Below, piece by piece: positions 6,809 to 15,709 of a DNA stretch of 64,000 nt. The stretch spans positions 672,001 to 736,000 of the forward strand of contig OY760183.1 of assembly GCA_963663275.1 (NCBI GenBank). Direction: 5' to 3'. Within the stretch, counting starts at the first letter, position 1. Every line of letters begins with the position of its first letter. The DNA is from Chloroflexota bacterium. Its GTDB lineage: Bacteria; Chloroflexota; UBA11872; VXOZ01. The notes under the pieces are model-generated. The model saw only the letters and a list, made by a program, of their open reading frames with translations, searched no databases and had not been told where the DNA came from. A program made the position numbers and the translations under genes.

Positions 6809-9766
6809 ATGGATAGAGACACATTCAAGAATCCCGGTGTCGAGTACCGCGCCGTGCCGTTCTGGTCGTGGAACGATTGGTTGGAAGACGGCGAGTTGGT
6901 GCGGCAGATCGACGAGATGGAGAAGGCCGGGTGGGGCGGCTTCTTCATGCACTCGCGGCTGGGTTTGGAGACGCCTTACATGACGCCGGAGTGGATGGAC
7001 CGCATTCGCGCTTGCGTGGAGGAGGCGCGGCGGCGCGGTATGCACGCCTGGCTCTACGACGAAGACAAGTGGCCCAGCGGCTTCGCCGGCGGCATGACCG
7101 CGCTGAAAGACCCCGACTACCGCATGAGGGTGCTCGCCTGCCGGGTGTTCAATCGCTACGACAGCTATCCGGAGAGCGTGGCGGTGTTCGCGGGCAACCT
7201 CGATAACGGCGTGCTCACCGGCGCGCGGCAGGTGCACGCCCAACAGGACGAGGCCCACCTCACCTACCTGCAATTCCACGAATGGGTCGCGCCGCTGGGC
7301 AGCCCTTGGTTCAACGGCGCCGCCTACAGCGACCAGCTTAGCGTAGAAGGCGTGGGCGAATTCATCCAGAACACCTACGCCGCCTACCATGAGGTCTTGG
7401 GCGACGACTTTGGCGGCGTGGTGCCCGGCATCTTCACCGACGAGCCGAACTTCTGCTCCTTCCATCAGGAGCACCCGGAGATTTCCGTGCCCTGGACGAA
7501 AGGGTTTGCGCGGATCTTCCAGGAGAAGTTCGGGTACGACCTGATTCCGCACCTGCCGTCGCTCTTCTACGACGTGGGTGACTTTCGCAAAGTCCGTTAC
7601 CATTACTGGCGCGCCATCACCGAGCAGTTCGTGGAGGCGTACTCGAAGCAGATCTACGAGTGGTGCGAGGCGCACAACCTCAAGCTCACCGGCCATTACC
7701 TCTACGAGGATTCGCTCCAGCAGCAGATTCCGGTCTCCGGCGCGGTGATGCCGCACTACGAGTACATGCACTATCCCGGCATCGACCACCTGCGCCGTAA
7801 CATCGCCGATCTGGTGACCCCCAAGCAGTTGGACAGTGTCGCCTGCCAACTCGGCAAGGAGCGGGCGCTCTCCGAGACCTACGGCTGCTCCGGGCAGAAC
7901 CTCTCGTTCGAAGGCCGCAAGTGGATTGGCGATTGGCAGTGCGTGCTGGGCGTGAACTTCCTCAACCCGCATCTCTCGTCGTATACGCTGCGCGGCGCGC
8001 GCAAGCGGGACTATCCGCCGGACATCTTCTACCAGCAGCCCTGGTGGCCGCATAATGCCCTGGTTGACGACTACTACGCCCGTCTCTCGTACGCGCTCAG
8101 CGAGGGCGAGCGGGTGGTAGACCTCTTGGTGGTGCATCCCATCGGCAGCGCGTGGTCGGTCTTTCGCCCGCAGAATCCCCAGGCGGCGCGCAGGATAAAC
8201 GATCCGTGGGTCGCGCTTTCCACGCGGCTGCTGGAGGAGCACTTCGACTACCACTTTGGCGATGAGTCGATCATGGCGCGGCACGCCCGCGTGGCAGACG
8301 GCTGCCTGGTCGTCGGACAGATGCGCTACCGCGTGGTTATCGTGCCGCCCAGCATCACCCTGGCGAGCACAACGGTGTCGTTGCTCCAGGCCCTCCGGGC
8401 CGCGGGCGGCGTGGTGTTCTTCTGCGATGAGAAGCCGACGCTGGTAGAGGGCGAACGCGACGAATCCGTGGACGCGCTGGTTGCCGCGTGCGAGACGCTG
8501 CCGTTGGGAGACGAACCCCTGGCGGCGACGCTGGAACCGCATCTCAGCCGGCCCGTGCGGGTCACCAACGGGGACGGCGGCGAAGTTCCCCACGTCTGGT
8601 ACAACCTGCGGCGCAACGACAGTGGGCACACCCTCTTCCTGGCCAACACCAGCCAGGACGAAGGCGGCGACTACACGGTGAGCCTGCCTGATGGTGACAA
8701 CTGGCAGGTCTGGGACGCCGCTACCGGCGAGACCCGACCCCTGCCCGCGCCAGCCGGAGCGGCCAATGGCGGCGTCACGCTGCCGTTTGCGCCGGTCGGC
8801 TCCTACCTGCTGGTCAGCGATGCGAGCGGCCAGGCCGGTGAAACCGCGCCCGCGCCGGAGTATACCGCGTCGGTGGACGCCGGCGATACGTGGGACCTGG
8901 AACTACTCGACCCCAACGCGCTTACGCTCGACTATTGCGCCTATCGCGTCGGCGACGGCGCGTGGGAAGGCCCGGCGCCCCACCTGAAGGCCCTGGAAAT
9001 CTTGCGCAGAGGCGGAACCCTGGAACACGTCCGCATCACAGGATCGGGCGTGCCGTTTGCCGTGCGGTACACGTTTGAATCCGGCCTAGCGGCGGGGCAC
9101 GACCTCACGCTGGTGGTCGAGCGGCCGGCTGACTTCCGCATCGCGGTGAACGGCACGGCGGTCCAGCACGATCCGGACGACGGCTACTGGCTGGATACCA
9201 CCTTCCGGCGCATACCCATCGGCGCGCTCGCCCGGCCGGGCACGAACACGATTACGTTGGAAGGCGTGACCAGTCTCGATATGGAGATCGAGGCGTGCTA
9301 CGTAATTGGCGACTTTGGCGTTGAGGAATCCGACGCCGGTTTCAGGCTGGTTGCAACACCGGCGCAGGCGCGGTCAGGCGATCTCACCCATCAGGGATTG
9401 CCCTTCTACGCCGGCCGCGCGCGGCTCAGCCAGCAGGTGCGGGTCTCCCGCAACGGCGCCGCCGCTGCGCTGGCGCTCGATGGTCTCGACGCCACTGTGA
9501 CGATCGCGCGCGTGAACGGCAAGCAGGCCGGCAGCGTGGTCTGGCGTCCCCATGAAATCGACGTCTCCGGCCTCTTGGTGGAGGGCGAAAACACGCTGGA
9601 ATTGGAACTCGTGGGCACGCTCCACAACCTGCTCGGCCCCCACCACCACCGCGACGGCGAAATCCTGGCAGTCTCGCCGGCCACCTTCTCCGATTGGCTC
9701 AACTGGACCGATGACTACAATTTCGTCCGCTTCGGCCTGGAGCGCGCGCGCATCCGGATGGAGTAG
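6809..9766 (+). CDS. Large glycoside hydrolase (GH106 alpha-L-rhamnosidase-like, with C-terminal beta-sandwich)
   Basis: Motifs PFWSWND, GWGGFFMHSRLGL, WLYDEDKWPSGFAGG, GIFTDEP, LSETYGCSG and GLPFYAG. GGAGG upstream of the start. Confidence 0.8.
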   Translation: MDRDTFKNPGVEYRAVPFWSWNDWLEDGELVRQIDEMEKAGWGGFFMHSRLGLETPYMTPEWMDRIRACVEEARRRGMHAWLYDEDKWPSGFAGGMTALKDPDYRMRVLACRVFNRYDSYPESVAVFAGNLDNGVLTGARQVHAQQDEAHLTYLQFHEWVAPLGSPWFNGAAYSDQLSVEGVGEFIQNTYAAYHEVLGDDFGGVVPGIFTDEPNFCSFHQEHPEISVPWTKGFARIFQEKFGYDLIPHLPSLFYDVGDFRKVRYHYWRAITEQFVEAYSKQIYEWCEAHNLKLTGHYLYEDSLQQQIPVSGAVMPHYEYMHYPGIDHLRRNIADLVTPKQLDSVACQLGKERALSETYGCSGQNLSFEGRKWIGDWQCVLGVNFLNPHLSSYTLRGARKRDYPPDIFYQQPWWPHNALVDDYYARLSYALSEGERVVDLLVVHPIGSAWSVFRPQNPQAARRINDPWVALSTRLLEEHFDYHFGDESIMARHARVADGCLVVGQMRYRVVIVPPSITLASTTVSLLQALRAAGGVVFFCDEKPTLVEGERDESVDALVAACETLPLGDEPLAATLEPHLSRPVRVTNGDGGEVPHVWYNLRRNDSGHTLFLANTSQDEGGDYTVSLPDGDNWQVWDAATGETRPLPAPAGAANGGVTLPFAPVGSYLLVSDASGQAGETAPAPEYTASVDAGDTWDLELLDPNALTLDYCAYRVGDGAWEGPAPHLKALEILRRGGTLEHVRITGSGVPFAVRYTFESGLAAGHDLTLVVERPADFRIAVNGTAVQHDPDDGYWLDTTFRRIPIGALARPGTNTITLEGVTSLDMEIEACYVIGDFGVEESDAGFRLVATPAQARSGDLTHQGLPFYAGRARLSQQVRVSRNGAAAALALDGLDATVTIARVNGKQAGSVVWRPHEIDVSGLLVEGENTLELELVGTLHNLLGPHHHRDGEILAVSPATFSDWLNWTDDYNFVRFGLERARIRME

Positions 9767-9794
9767 GCAGGTAGGGGAACGGCTTGTACGTGGC

Positions 9795-9842
9795 CCCTCT
9801 AACGGTAGGGGCACGACATGTCGTGCCCCTACCGTTAGAGGG
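9795..9842. repeat. Family A REP (9805-9832) with 10-bp locus-specific arms, forming a 48-bp perfect palindrome
   Basis: CCCTCTAACG-[REP]-CGTTAGAGGG. A decayed GTAGGGG...GCCCCT copy precedes it at 9771. Confidence 0.9.
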
Positions 9843-9883
9843 AGCGCATGCAAATCGTTACAACAAGGTGAAAACGTAAGGCT

Positions 9884-10501
9884 ATGGCGATAGAAGAGGC
9901 CATTCCTCCACGGCGGCGCAAGCGACGATCACTTCGCCTGAAGGACTATGACTACACGCAGCCCGGCGGATACTTTGTGACGATTTGCACTCAAGATCGC
10001 CGCTGCCTATGGGGTGACGTGCGTGCTGGAGAGATGTGGCTAAATGAGATTGGGCAAATCGCCGAGTGGTGCTGGGAGGAAGTTCCATCGCACTTTCCCC
10101 ACGTGCGTGGCGATTCTTTTGTTGTGATGCCCAATCATCTGCATGGCATCCTTATCTTGAGAGAGACGCGTAGGGGCACGACATGTCGTGCCCCTACGCC
10201 CGACACGGAGGAGTTTGCTCGACCGGTAGCAGGGTCGCTGCCGACCATCATTCGCTCATTCAAGGCTGCGGTAACGAAACACGTTAGGAGAGCAACAAAG
10301 ATCAAGGATTTTCAGGTCTGGCAGCGAGGGTACTATGAGCGGATAGTCCGTAACGAGAGAGAACTCGAACTGCTTCGGGAGTACATCGTCAGCAATCCGA
10401 TACGGTGGGCACTAGATGCCGAGAATCCTGCCGTGATTGCCGGAGGAAAGCGGGGTTTACACCAAGGCTCAGGAAGGCAGAAGCACGACCCACCAGAATA
10501 G
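9884..10501 (+). mobile_element. REP-associated tyrosine transposase (RAYT, HUH Y1 / IS200-IS605 TnpA superfamily)
   Basis: RRSLRLKDYDY...YFVTICT, HUH motif VVMPNHLHGI, SLPTIIRSFK, WQRGYYE and catalytic Tyr in EYIVSNP. Family A REPs lie upstream, inside and downstream. No tnpB. Confidence 0.92.
10170..10197. repeat. Family A REP read in frame inside the RAYT gene
   Basis: Perfect copy encoding RRGTTCRAPT just after the HUH strand. Confidence 0.95.
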
Positions 10502-10519
10502 GGTCTTTTCCAATTAGTG

Positions 10520-10577
10520 GTATGGTTTTCCCGCGTAGGGGCACGACATGTCGTGCCCCTACGCGGGAAAACCATAC
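10520..10577. repeat. Family A REP (10535-10562) with 15-bp arms, forming a 58-bp perfect palindrome
   Basis: GTATGGTTTTCCCGC-[REP]-GCGGGAAAACCATAC. Confidence 0.95.
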
Positions 10578-10613
10578 ATAACTTCCGTAACGGCAGAGAA
10601 AGCAAAACATCCT

Positions 10614-11819
10614 GTGGCCGCATCCCAGCAACCTACGACCGTCGCCTCTCACCACCGTCCCGACCGGCTGACTATTTGGGCGTTCTACGTCGGCACGTTC
10701 CTCTACTGGGGCGCGCTTTACGTCTACTCGCCGATTCTCTCGGTCTACGCGGAATCGCTGGGCGCCACGTTTACGCTTATCGGCATCGTGGTGGGCACGT
10801 ACGGCCTGGTGCAGATGGCGCTCAGAATCCCGTTAGGGGTGTGGTCCGACCGCTGGGGCCGGCGGTTGCCGTTCCTCTACGCCGGGCATTTCTTCAACGT
10901 CGTTGGCTGCCTGGGTCTCGCGCTCGCGCCCACCGCCACGTATCTGGCGGTCTTCCGGGGCGTGCTGGGCATCAGCGCCGCCACCTGGGTGGCGTTCACC
11001 GTGCTCTACGCCAGCTACTTCCCCGCCGACGAAGCGCCCAAGGCCATGGGAATCATGTCGGCCGTCAACGGCGTCTCGCTCATCGTGGTCAACCTGGCAG
11101 GCGGGCAGATTGCCGAATCATGGGGCATGGTGGCCACGTTCTACGCTGGCGCGGGACTGGCCGTCGTCGGTTTGATTTCGACGGTGCCAATCAAGGAGCA
11201 GCGCGTCACGCGCACGCCGCCGACGGTCCGGCAGATCTGGCGGGTGATGACCCATCCGGTGCTGCTGATCGTCGCCTCGGTCACGGCGCTCAATCACTAC
11301 GCCTTCTGGGCGACCACCTTCAGCTTCGTGCCGGTATACGCCGACGACCTGGGCGCGAGCAAGTTCACGTTGGGCGTGATCGGCGTGGTCTCGCTGGTGC
11401 CCTATACGCTAGCGTCATTGGTCAATCATCGCTTTGCCCAACGCCTGGGCGATAATTGGGCGGTCTTTGCCGGCATGATGATCATGGCCGCCACCACGTT
11501 CGTGGTGCCGCTCATCCAGGACATACCGCTCCTCGCCGCCTCCCAGGGCGTCAACGGCATTGGACGCGGCATTGTCTACCCGCTGCTGATGGGTCTCAGC
11601 ATCCGGGAAATCTCCGGCGAGGATCGCGCCACCGCCATGGGGGTCTTCCAGGCCGTGTACGCCATTGGCATGTTCGTCGGCCCCATGACGGCCGGCGCCG
11701 TTGCCGACGCGCTCGGTCTCGGCGGCGCGTTCATGCTCTCCGGCGGCGTCTCGGTCTTTGCGGCGCTGGCCGCGCTCGTGCTCATCAAGCGGAAACCGGT
11801 GGAGCGGGCGGCGGCGTAG
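10614..11819 (+). CDS. MFS transporter
   Basis: About 12 hydrophobic segments and motif A (GVWSDRWGRR). The ORF-track ATG at 10548 lies inside the REP, so GTG 10614 is preferred. Confidence 0.85.
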   Translation: MAASQQPTTVASHHRPDRLTIWAFYVGTFLYWGALYVYSPILSVYAESLGATFTLIGIVVGTYGLVQMALRIPLGVWSDRWGRRLPFLYAGHFFNVVGCLGLALAPTATYLAVFRGVLGISAATWVAFTVLYASYFPADEAPKAMGIMSAVNGVSLIVVNLAGGQIAESWGMVATFYAGAGLAVVGLISTVPIKEQRVTRTPPTVRQIWRVMTHPVLLIVASVTALNHYAFWATTFSFVPVYADDLGASKFTLGVIGVVSLVPYTLASLVNHRFAQRLGDNWAVFAGMMIMAATTFVVPLIQDIPLLAASQGVNGIGRGIVYPLLMGLSIREISGEDRATAMGVFQAVYAIGMFVGPMTAGAVADALGLGGAFMLSGGVSVFAALAALVLIKRKPVERAAA

Positions 11820-11968
11820 CATCCCTTTATCCGGCCCAATGAGGATTTCCCGGGTTTGGTGAAGGAGAAGTAAGTGTCGGCGCAGGCAATTCCGTGTAGC
11901 ATACACGCAAAGGGATGGCATTTCCCCGGGTGGAGACTCGCGTATAGCCGGGGATAGAGGCAAGTTGA

Positions 11969-12340
11969 CCCCTCTCCCTGTGGAGACCCTTGCGTAACCG
12001 GAGAGGGAACTGACGAAGCCCAAGCGCACACGCCTCTTATCCCCTCTCCCTCTGGGAGAGGGTTAGGGTGAGGGGAGATTATGCGGCGACTCATACCCAA
12101 GTCTTGCAAAATGGGGCGGAACCGACGAGGATTCCCCCTCACCCCGGCCCTCTCCCCAGGGAGAGGGAGTGGAAGGAGCGCCGCCCGAGGTTACGCAAAG
12201 ATCTCCCCAGGGAGAGGGAGACAGTTCGCCCGATGGGTCTCGTTATGCAAAGGTCTCCACAGGGAGAGATGGCAGACGAAGCCCAGCGCACACGCGCCTC
12301 TTATCCCCTCTCCCTGTGGGAGAGGGTTAGGGTGAGGGAG
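11969..12340. repeat. Mosaic of family F hairpins and 140-bp MITE ends
   Basis: MITE-end segments at 11983, about 12190 and 12242. Family F copies at 12041, 12136 and 12305. The block GACGAAGCCC...CTCTTATCCCCTCTCCC is duplicated. Confidence 0.75.
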
Positions 12341-12380
12341 ATTTTGTGCGAAGTCTAGCAGCGAGCAAAGGAGAAGACTC

Positions 12381-13376
12381 ATGCGCATCGGTGTACGCGC
12401 GAACCGGCGGTCGCTGGAAAGCGGCGGTGACGATTACCTCCGCTTCCTGAAGCAGATCGGCGTGGACTGCATCGACGTCGAGTTGGGAATTGTGGCGGGT
12501 TACGACGAAACCGGCCGCTTCACGCGCCAGGCGTTGCACGACCTGATCCAGCGGTTTGCCGCCGCCGGTCTGCGCATCGAGCGCGCCAACGCCACCAATT
12601 CCCACCACCTGGATGCCCTTGTCGGCGGCCCAAAGGCCGCCGAACAGCGCGATAACCTCTGCGCCATGGCGGAACTGTTGGGCGAGGTGGACGTGCCGGT
12701 GTTTGGCGTCCAGTGCTTCCAGGCGGCGAACGCCGGCGGCGGCTCCTCAACCGGGCGTTCCTGGCCGGAGGGACGCGGCGGCTACCGCTACTACCACTTC
12801 GACCTGGCGGCGGAAGAGGCCGTTCAAGCCGCGCCGCGCTTCACCGTCACCGCCGACCAACTTTGGGAAAACCTGCTTCTCACCTACAGGCAGGTTGTTC
12901 CCGTAGCGGAGAGCGCGGACATCAACGTGGCGATGCACGGCAACGATCCGCCGCTCTATGCGGTCTACGGCAATCCGCAAATCCTCTGCCGCTTCAGCGA
13001 TTTCGACCGCCTCTTCAACGAGGTGCCCAGCCCCAGGAACACCATGACCTTCTGCGTCGGCACGCGCTACGAATCCGGCGAGGACATCTTCGAAGGCATC
13101 CGCCGCTTTGGCGGCCAGGGCAAGATCGTCCACGTGCACTTCCGCAACGTGCGCGGCACCCTGCCCGCGAACGGCGCGTACAGTGAGGTCTTCCTGGATG
13201 AGGGCGATCTGCACATGCAGGCAGTCGTGGAGGCGCTTCATGCGGTACACTACCAAGGCGCGATCGACTTCGATCACGTGATGCAATTGACCGGCGATAC
13301 GGCCAACGGACACCAGTACGTCGCCTACTCGGTGGGCTACGTGCGCGCGCTGCTGGATGGGCTTGTGCGCGCGTAG
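12381..13376 (+). CDS. Mannonate dehydratase (UxuA) family protein
   Basis: Motifs LWENL, AMHGNDPP, TFCVGT, IVHVHFRNVRG, EVFLDEGD, DFDHV and AYSVGYVRAL. Confidence 0.8.
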   Translation: MRIGVRANRRSLESGGDDYLRFLKQIGVDCIDVELGIVAGYDETGRFTRQALHDLIQRFAAAGLRIERANATNSHHLDALVGGPKAAEQRDNLCAMAELLGEVDVPVFGVQCFQAANAGGGSSTGRSWPEGRGGYRYYHFDLAAEEAVQAAPRFTVTADQLWENLLLTYRQVVPVAESADINVAMHGNDPPLYAVYGNPQILCRFSDFDRLFNEVPSPRNTMTFCVGTRYESGEDIFEGIRRFGGQGKIVHVHFRNVRGTLPANGAYSEVFLDEGDLHMQAVVEALHAVHYQGAIDFDHVMQLTGDTANGHQYVAYSVGYVRALLDGLVRA

Positions 13377-13471
13377 GCGACTCTGAGCGCAAGCGCGAGG
13401 CCCGCGCGGGCGAACGCAAAAGGAAAGAGGATGGTGTGGGCCGCTGTCTGTCGTCTGCGGACGATAAGAGT

Positions 13472-13592
13472 GCTTCGACAGGCTCAGCACGAACGGAAAA
13501 GGGGCTTGACCGCTTGTGCTCGGCGCGAAGGGAAAGGAAACACGCGCGTGAAGCGCAACCGTTCGCCCTGAGCATCGTCGAAGGGTGAACGG
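13472..13592. repeat. Two family H repeats (CTTCGACAGGCTCAG..CGAACGG type) in inverted orientation
   Basis: 13472-13496 and 13559-13592. A related nested copy lies at 21171-21228. Confidence 0.7.
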
Positions 13593-13722
13593 TTGCGCGC
13601 TGACAGAAGAGAGCGCCGGTGTCCGCCGCAGCGCCCACAGATTGCGGCTCGCCGCAAAAAGCGCAAGGATAAGCAAGCGCAATCACACGTAAAGCCACAT
13701 GACATTAAGGAGTAGGTGAACC

Positions 13723-14487
13723 ATGCAGAAGAATCGGGCACTGGCAAAGATACGCGCCGGCGGCGTAACCGCCGGGCCGGCAATGGGCATAGATTCGCCG
13801 GACCTGGCGGAGCAGGTCGCCCACGTGGGTTTCGACTTCGTGAGTTTCGATTGGCAGCACGGGCAGTGGACCGAACTCTCGCTCAACAACGCGCTGGCGC
13901 GGTTTCTGCATACTGACACCGCGCCGGTCGTGCGCGTGAAAGGGCACGAGCCGGGCACGATCAACCGCGTGCTGGACATGGGCGCCATGGGCGTGATCAT
14001 TCCCATGGTCGAGACCGCCGAGCAGGCCGCGGCCATGGCGAGTCCGGCGCGCTTCCCGCCGGATGGCACCCGTTCCGGCGGCGGCATGAGACTCAATCTC
14101 ATCGGCGGCGGCACGGCGCAGGACTACTTTGCCGCCGCCAACGACGAGGTCATGGTCATCGTCATGGTGGAGAGCGAAGAGGCGATTGCCAACGTGGAGA
14201 GCATCATGGAGGCGGAAGGCGTGGACGTGGTGCTCATCGGCCCCGGCGACCTGATGATCAACGTGCGCGCCCACGGCCACGACGAGGCCCACCACGAGGC
14301 GCTGGTGCAGCAGGTCGCCGCCGCCGGCAAGCGCACCGGCACGGCGGCGGGCTACGTTTGCCAGAGTTACGAGCAGGCCCAACAGCGCGTGGCCGAGGGC
14401 TTCCGCTTCCTCTGGTTCGGCAACGACAGCGTTTTCGTCATGGACGGCATGAAGAATCTCCTGGAGGAAACCGCGTCGCTGGGATAG
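13723..14487 (+). CDS. HpcH/HpaI aldolase family
   Basis: Motifs GFDFVSFDWQHG, VLDMGAMGVIIPMVET, RFPPDGTRS and IGPGDL. Strong AGGAG RBS. Confidence 0.9.
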   Translation: MQKNRALAKIRAGGVTAGPAMGIDSPDLAEQVAHVGFDFVSFDWQHGQWTELSLNNALARFLHTDTAPVVRVKGHEPGTINRVLDMGAMGVIIPMVETAEQAAAMASPARFPPDGTRSGGGMRLNLIGGGTAQDYFAAANDEVMVIVMVESEEAIANVESIMEAEGVDVVLIGPGDLMINVRAHGHDEAHHEALVQQVAAAGKRTGTAAGYVCQSYEQAQQRVAEGFRFLWFGNDSVFVMDGMKNLLEETASLG

Positions 14488-14544
14488 GCGGCGCTGATTA
14501 CAGACACGGGTAATGTCATGAAGCAGCCGAAAGCGAGGAATGCG

Positions 14545-15609
14545 ATGAGCAGCGAACTGCGTGCCGGTGTGTTGGGCTTGGGCCGCGGCAGGAGCTTTGT
14601 GCGCGTGTTGAAGGCTATGCCCGGGGTGACCGTGGCGGCGGTGGCGGATATGAATGAAGAACGGCTGCAGGAGTTCGGCCGGGATCAAGGCATCCCCCAG
14701 TGCTTTGCCACACTCGAGGAGTTGGTTGCGGCCGACCTGGACCTGGTGGTGGTAGCGACGCCGGTGCCGCAGCACGCCGAAAATTCGATTGCGGTGCTCG
14801 AAGCGGGCATAAACGTCATCTCCGAAATTCCGACGCTCGCCACGCGGGAAGAGGCGGAGCAACTCGTGGCGGCGGCGCAGAAGAGCGACGCCATCTACAT
14901 GTGCGGCGAGAATTGCAGCTATTGGGCCTATGTTCACTCGCTGCAATACCTCAACGAGCGCGGCGACTTCGGCCACATCTTCGCCGCGGAAGCCGAGTAC
15001 ATCCACAACATTCCCAAGCTGCGGCGCGACGAGCACGGCAACCGCATGTGGCGGTCGTACATGGCGCCCATCACGTACCTCACGCACAGCCTGGGCCCGA
15101 TCATGTGGGTCACGGGGCAGTATCCGGTGGAAGTGACGTGCATGGGTACGGAGAACCACTTCGAGCCGGACCTCATCGACCTGCAATTCGCGCTCTTCCG
15201 CATGACGGACGACAGCGTGGTGCGCATCACGTGCTCCTTTGCCAACACCCACTGGGGCAATCACCGCCAGGTGTTCTTTGGCACCAAAGCGTCTTTTGAT
15301 TCCGGCTGGATCGGCAAAGACGAGCCGAAGTTCCGGTACGTGGGCGAAGACTTCTCGGTGCCCGACAACCTGCCGCTGGGCACGAACTTCCCGGAAGCGC
15401 CGGAACACGCGGCGCTGGGCGGCCACGGCACTGCCGAGTGGTATATGCTCACCGACTTCCTCAATGCCATCAGGACCGGCGGCACGCCCAAGCTCGACGT
15501 CTACGAAGGCATCATGTACAGCCTGCCGGGCGTCTGCGCCGCTGAATCCGCCGCCAACGGCGGCAAGCCGGTGGCTATTCCGCAGTACCAATTGCAGCGC
15601 AAGGGGTAG
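14545..15609 (+). CDS. Gfo/Idh/MocA oxidoreductase (paralog 1)
   Basis: Rossmann motif GVLGLGRG, plus VVVATPVPQH, VISEIP, YMCGEN, EAEYIH and YLTHSLGP. Confidence 0.9.
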   Translation: MSSELRAGVLGLGRGRSFVRVLKAMPGVTVAAVADMNEERLQEFGRDQGIPQCFATLEELVAADLDLVVVATPVPQHAENSIAVLEAGINVISEIPTLATREEAEQLVAAAQKSDAIYMCGENCSYWAYVHSLQYLNERGDFGHIFAAEAEYIHNIPKLRRDEHGNRMWRSYMAPITYLTHSLGPIMWVTGQYPVEVTCMGTENHFEPDLIDLQFALFRMTDDSVVRITCSFANTHWGNHRQVFFGTKASFDSGWIGKDEPKFRYVGEDFSVPDNLPLGTNFPEAPEHAALGGHGTAEWYMLTDFLNAIRTGGTPKLDVYEGIMYSLPGVCAAESAANGGKPVAIPQYQLQRKG

Positions 15610-15709
15610 CGGAACGGGCTCAAGCAGCAGGAGTTGACCGTTGGGACCAGGCGCAATTCTCAGAGAACGTGCGTAACGTCCCAAGCAAGACCAAAGCGAG
15701 GAAATGTAA

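Noticed and set aside
6534-6809. Short ORFs containing MSCPY, VGARHVVPL, RRGTTCRAPT, LWIPAFAGMT, VIPAKAGIQ or PLTPALS (here and at many other loci)
   Set aside because: These are translations of the palindromic repeats and MITEs, not genes. The only exception is the in-frame copy inside the RAYT.
9884-10501. IS200/IS605 element with tnpB
   Set aside because: No tnpB is adjacent, and the motifs and dispersed GTAG palindromes fit a RAYT.
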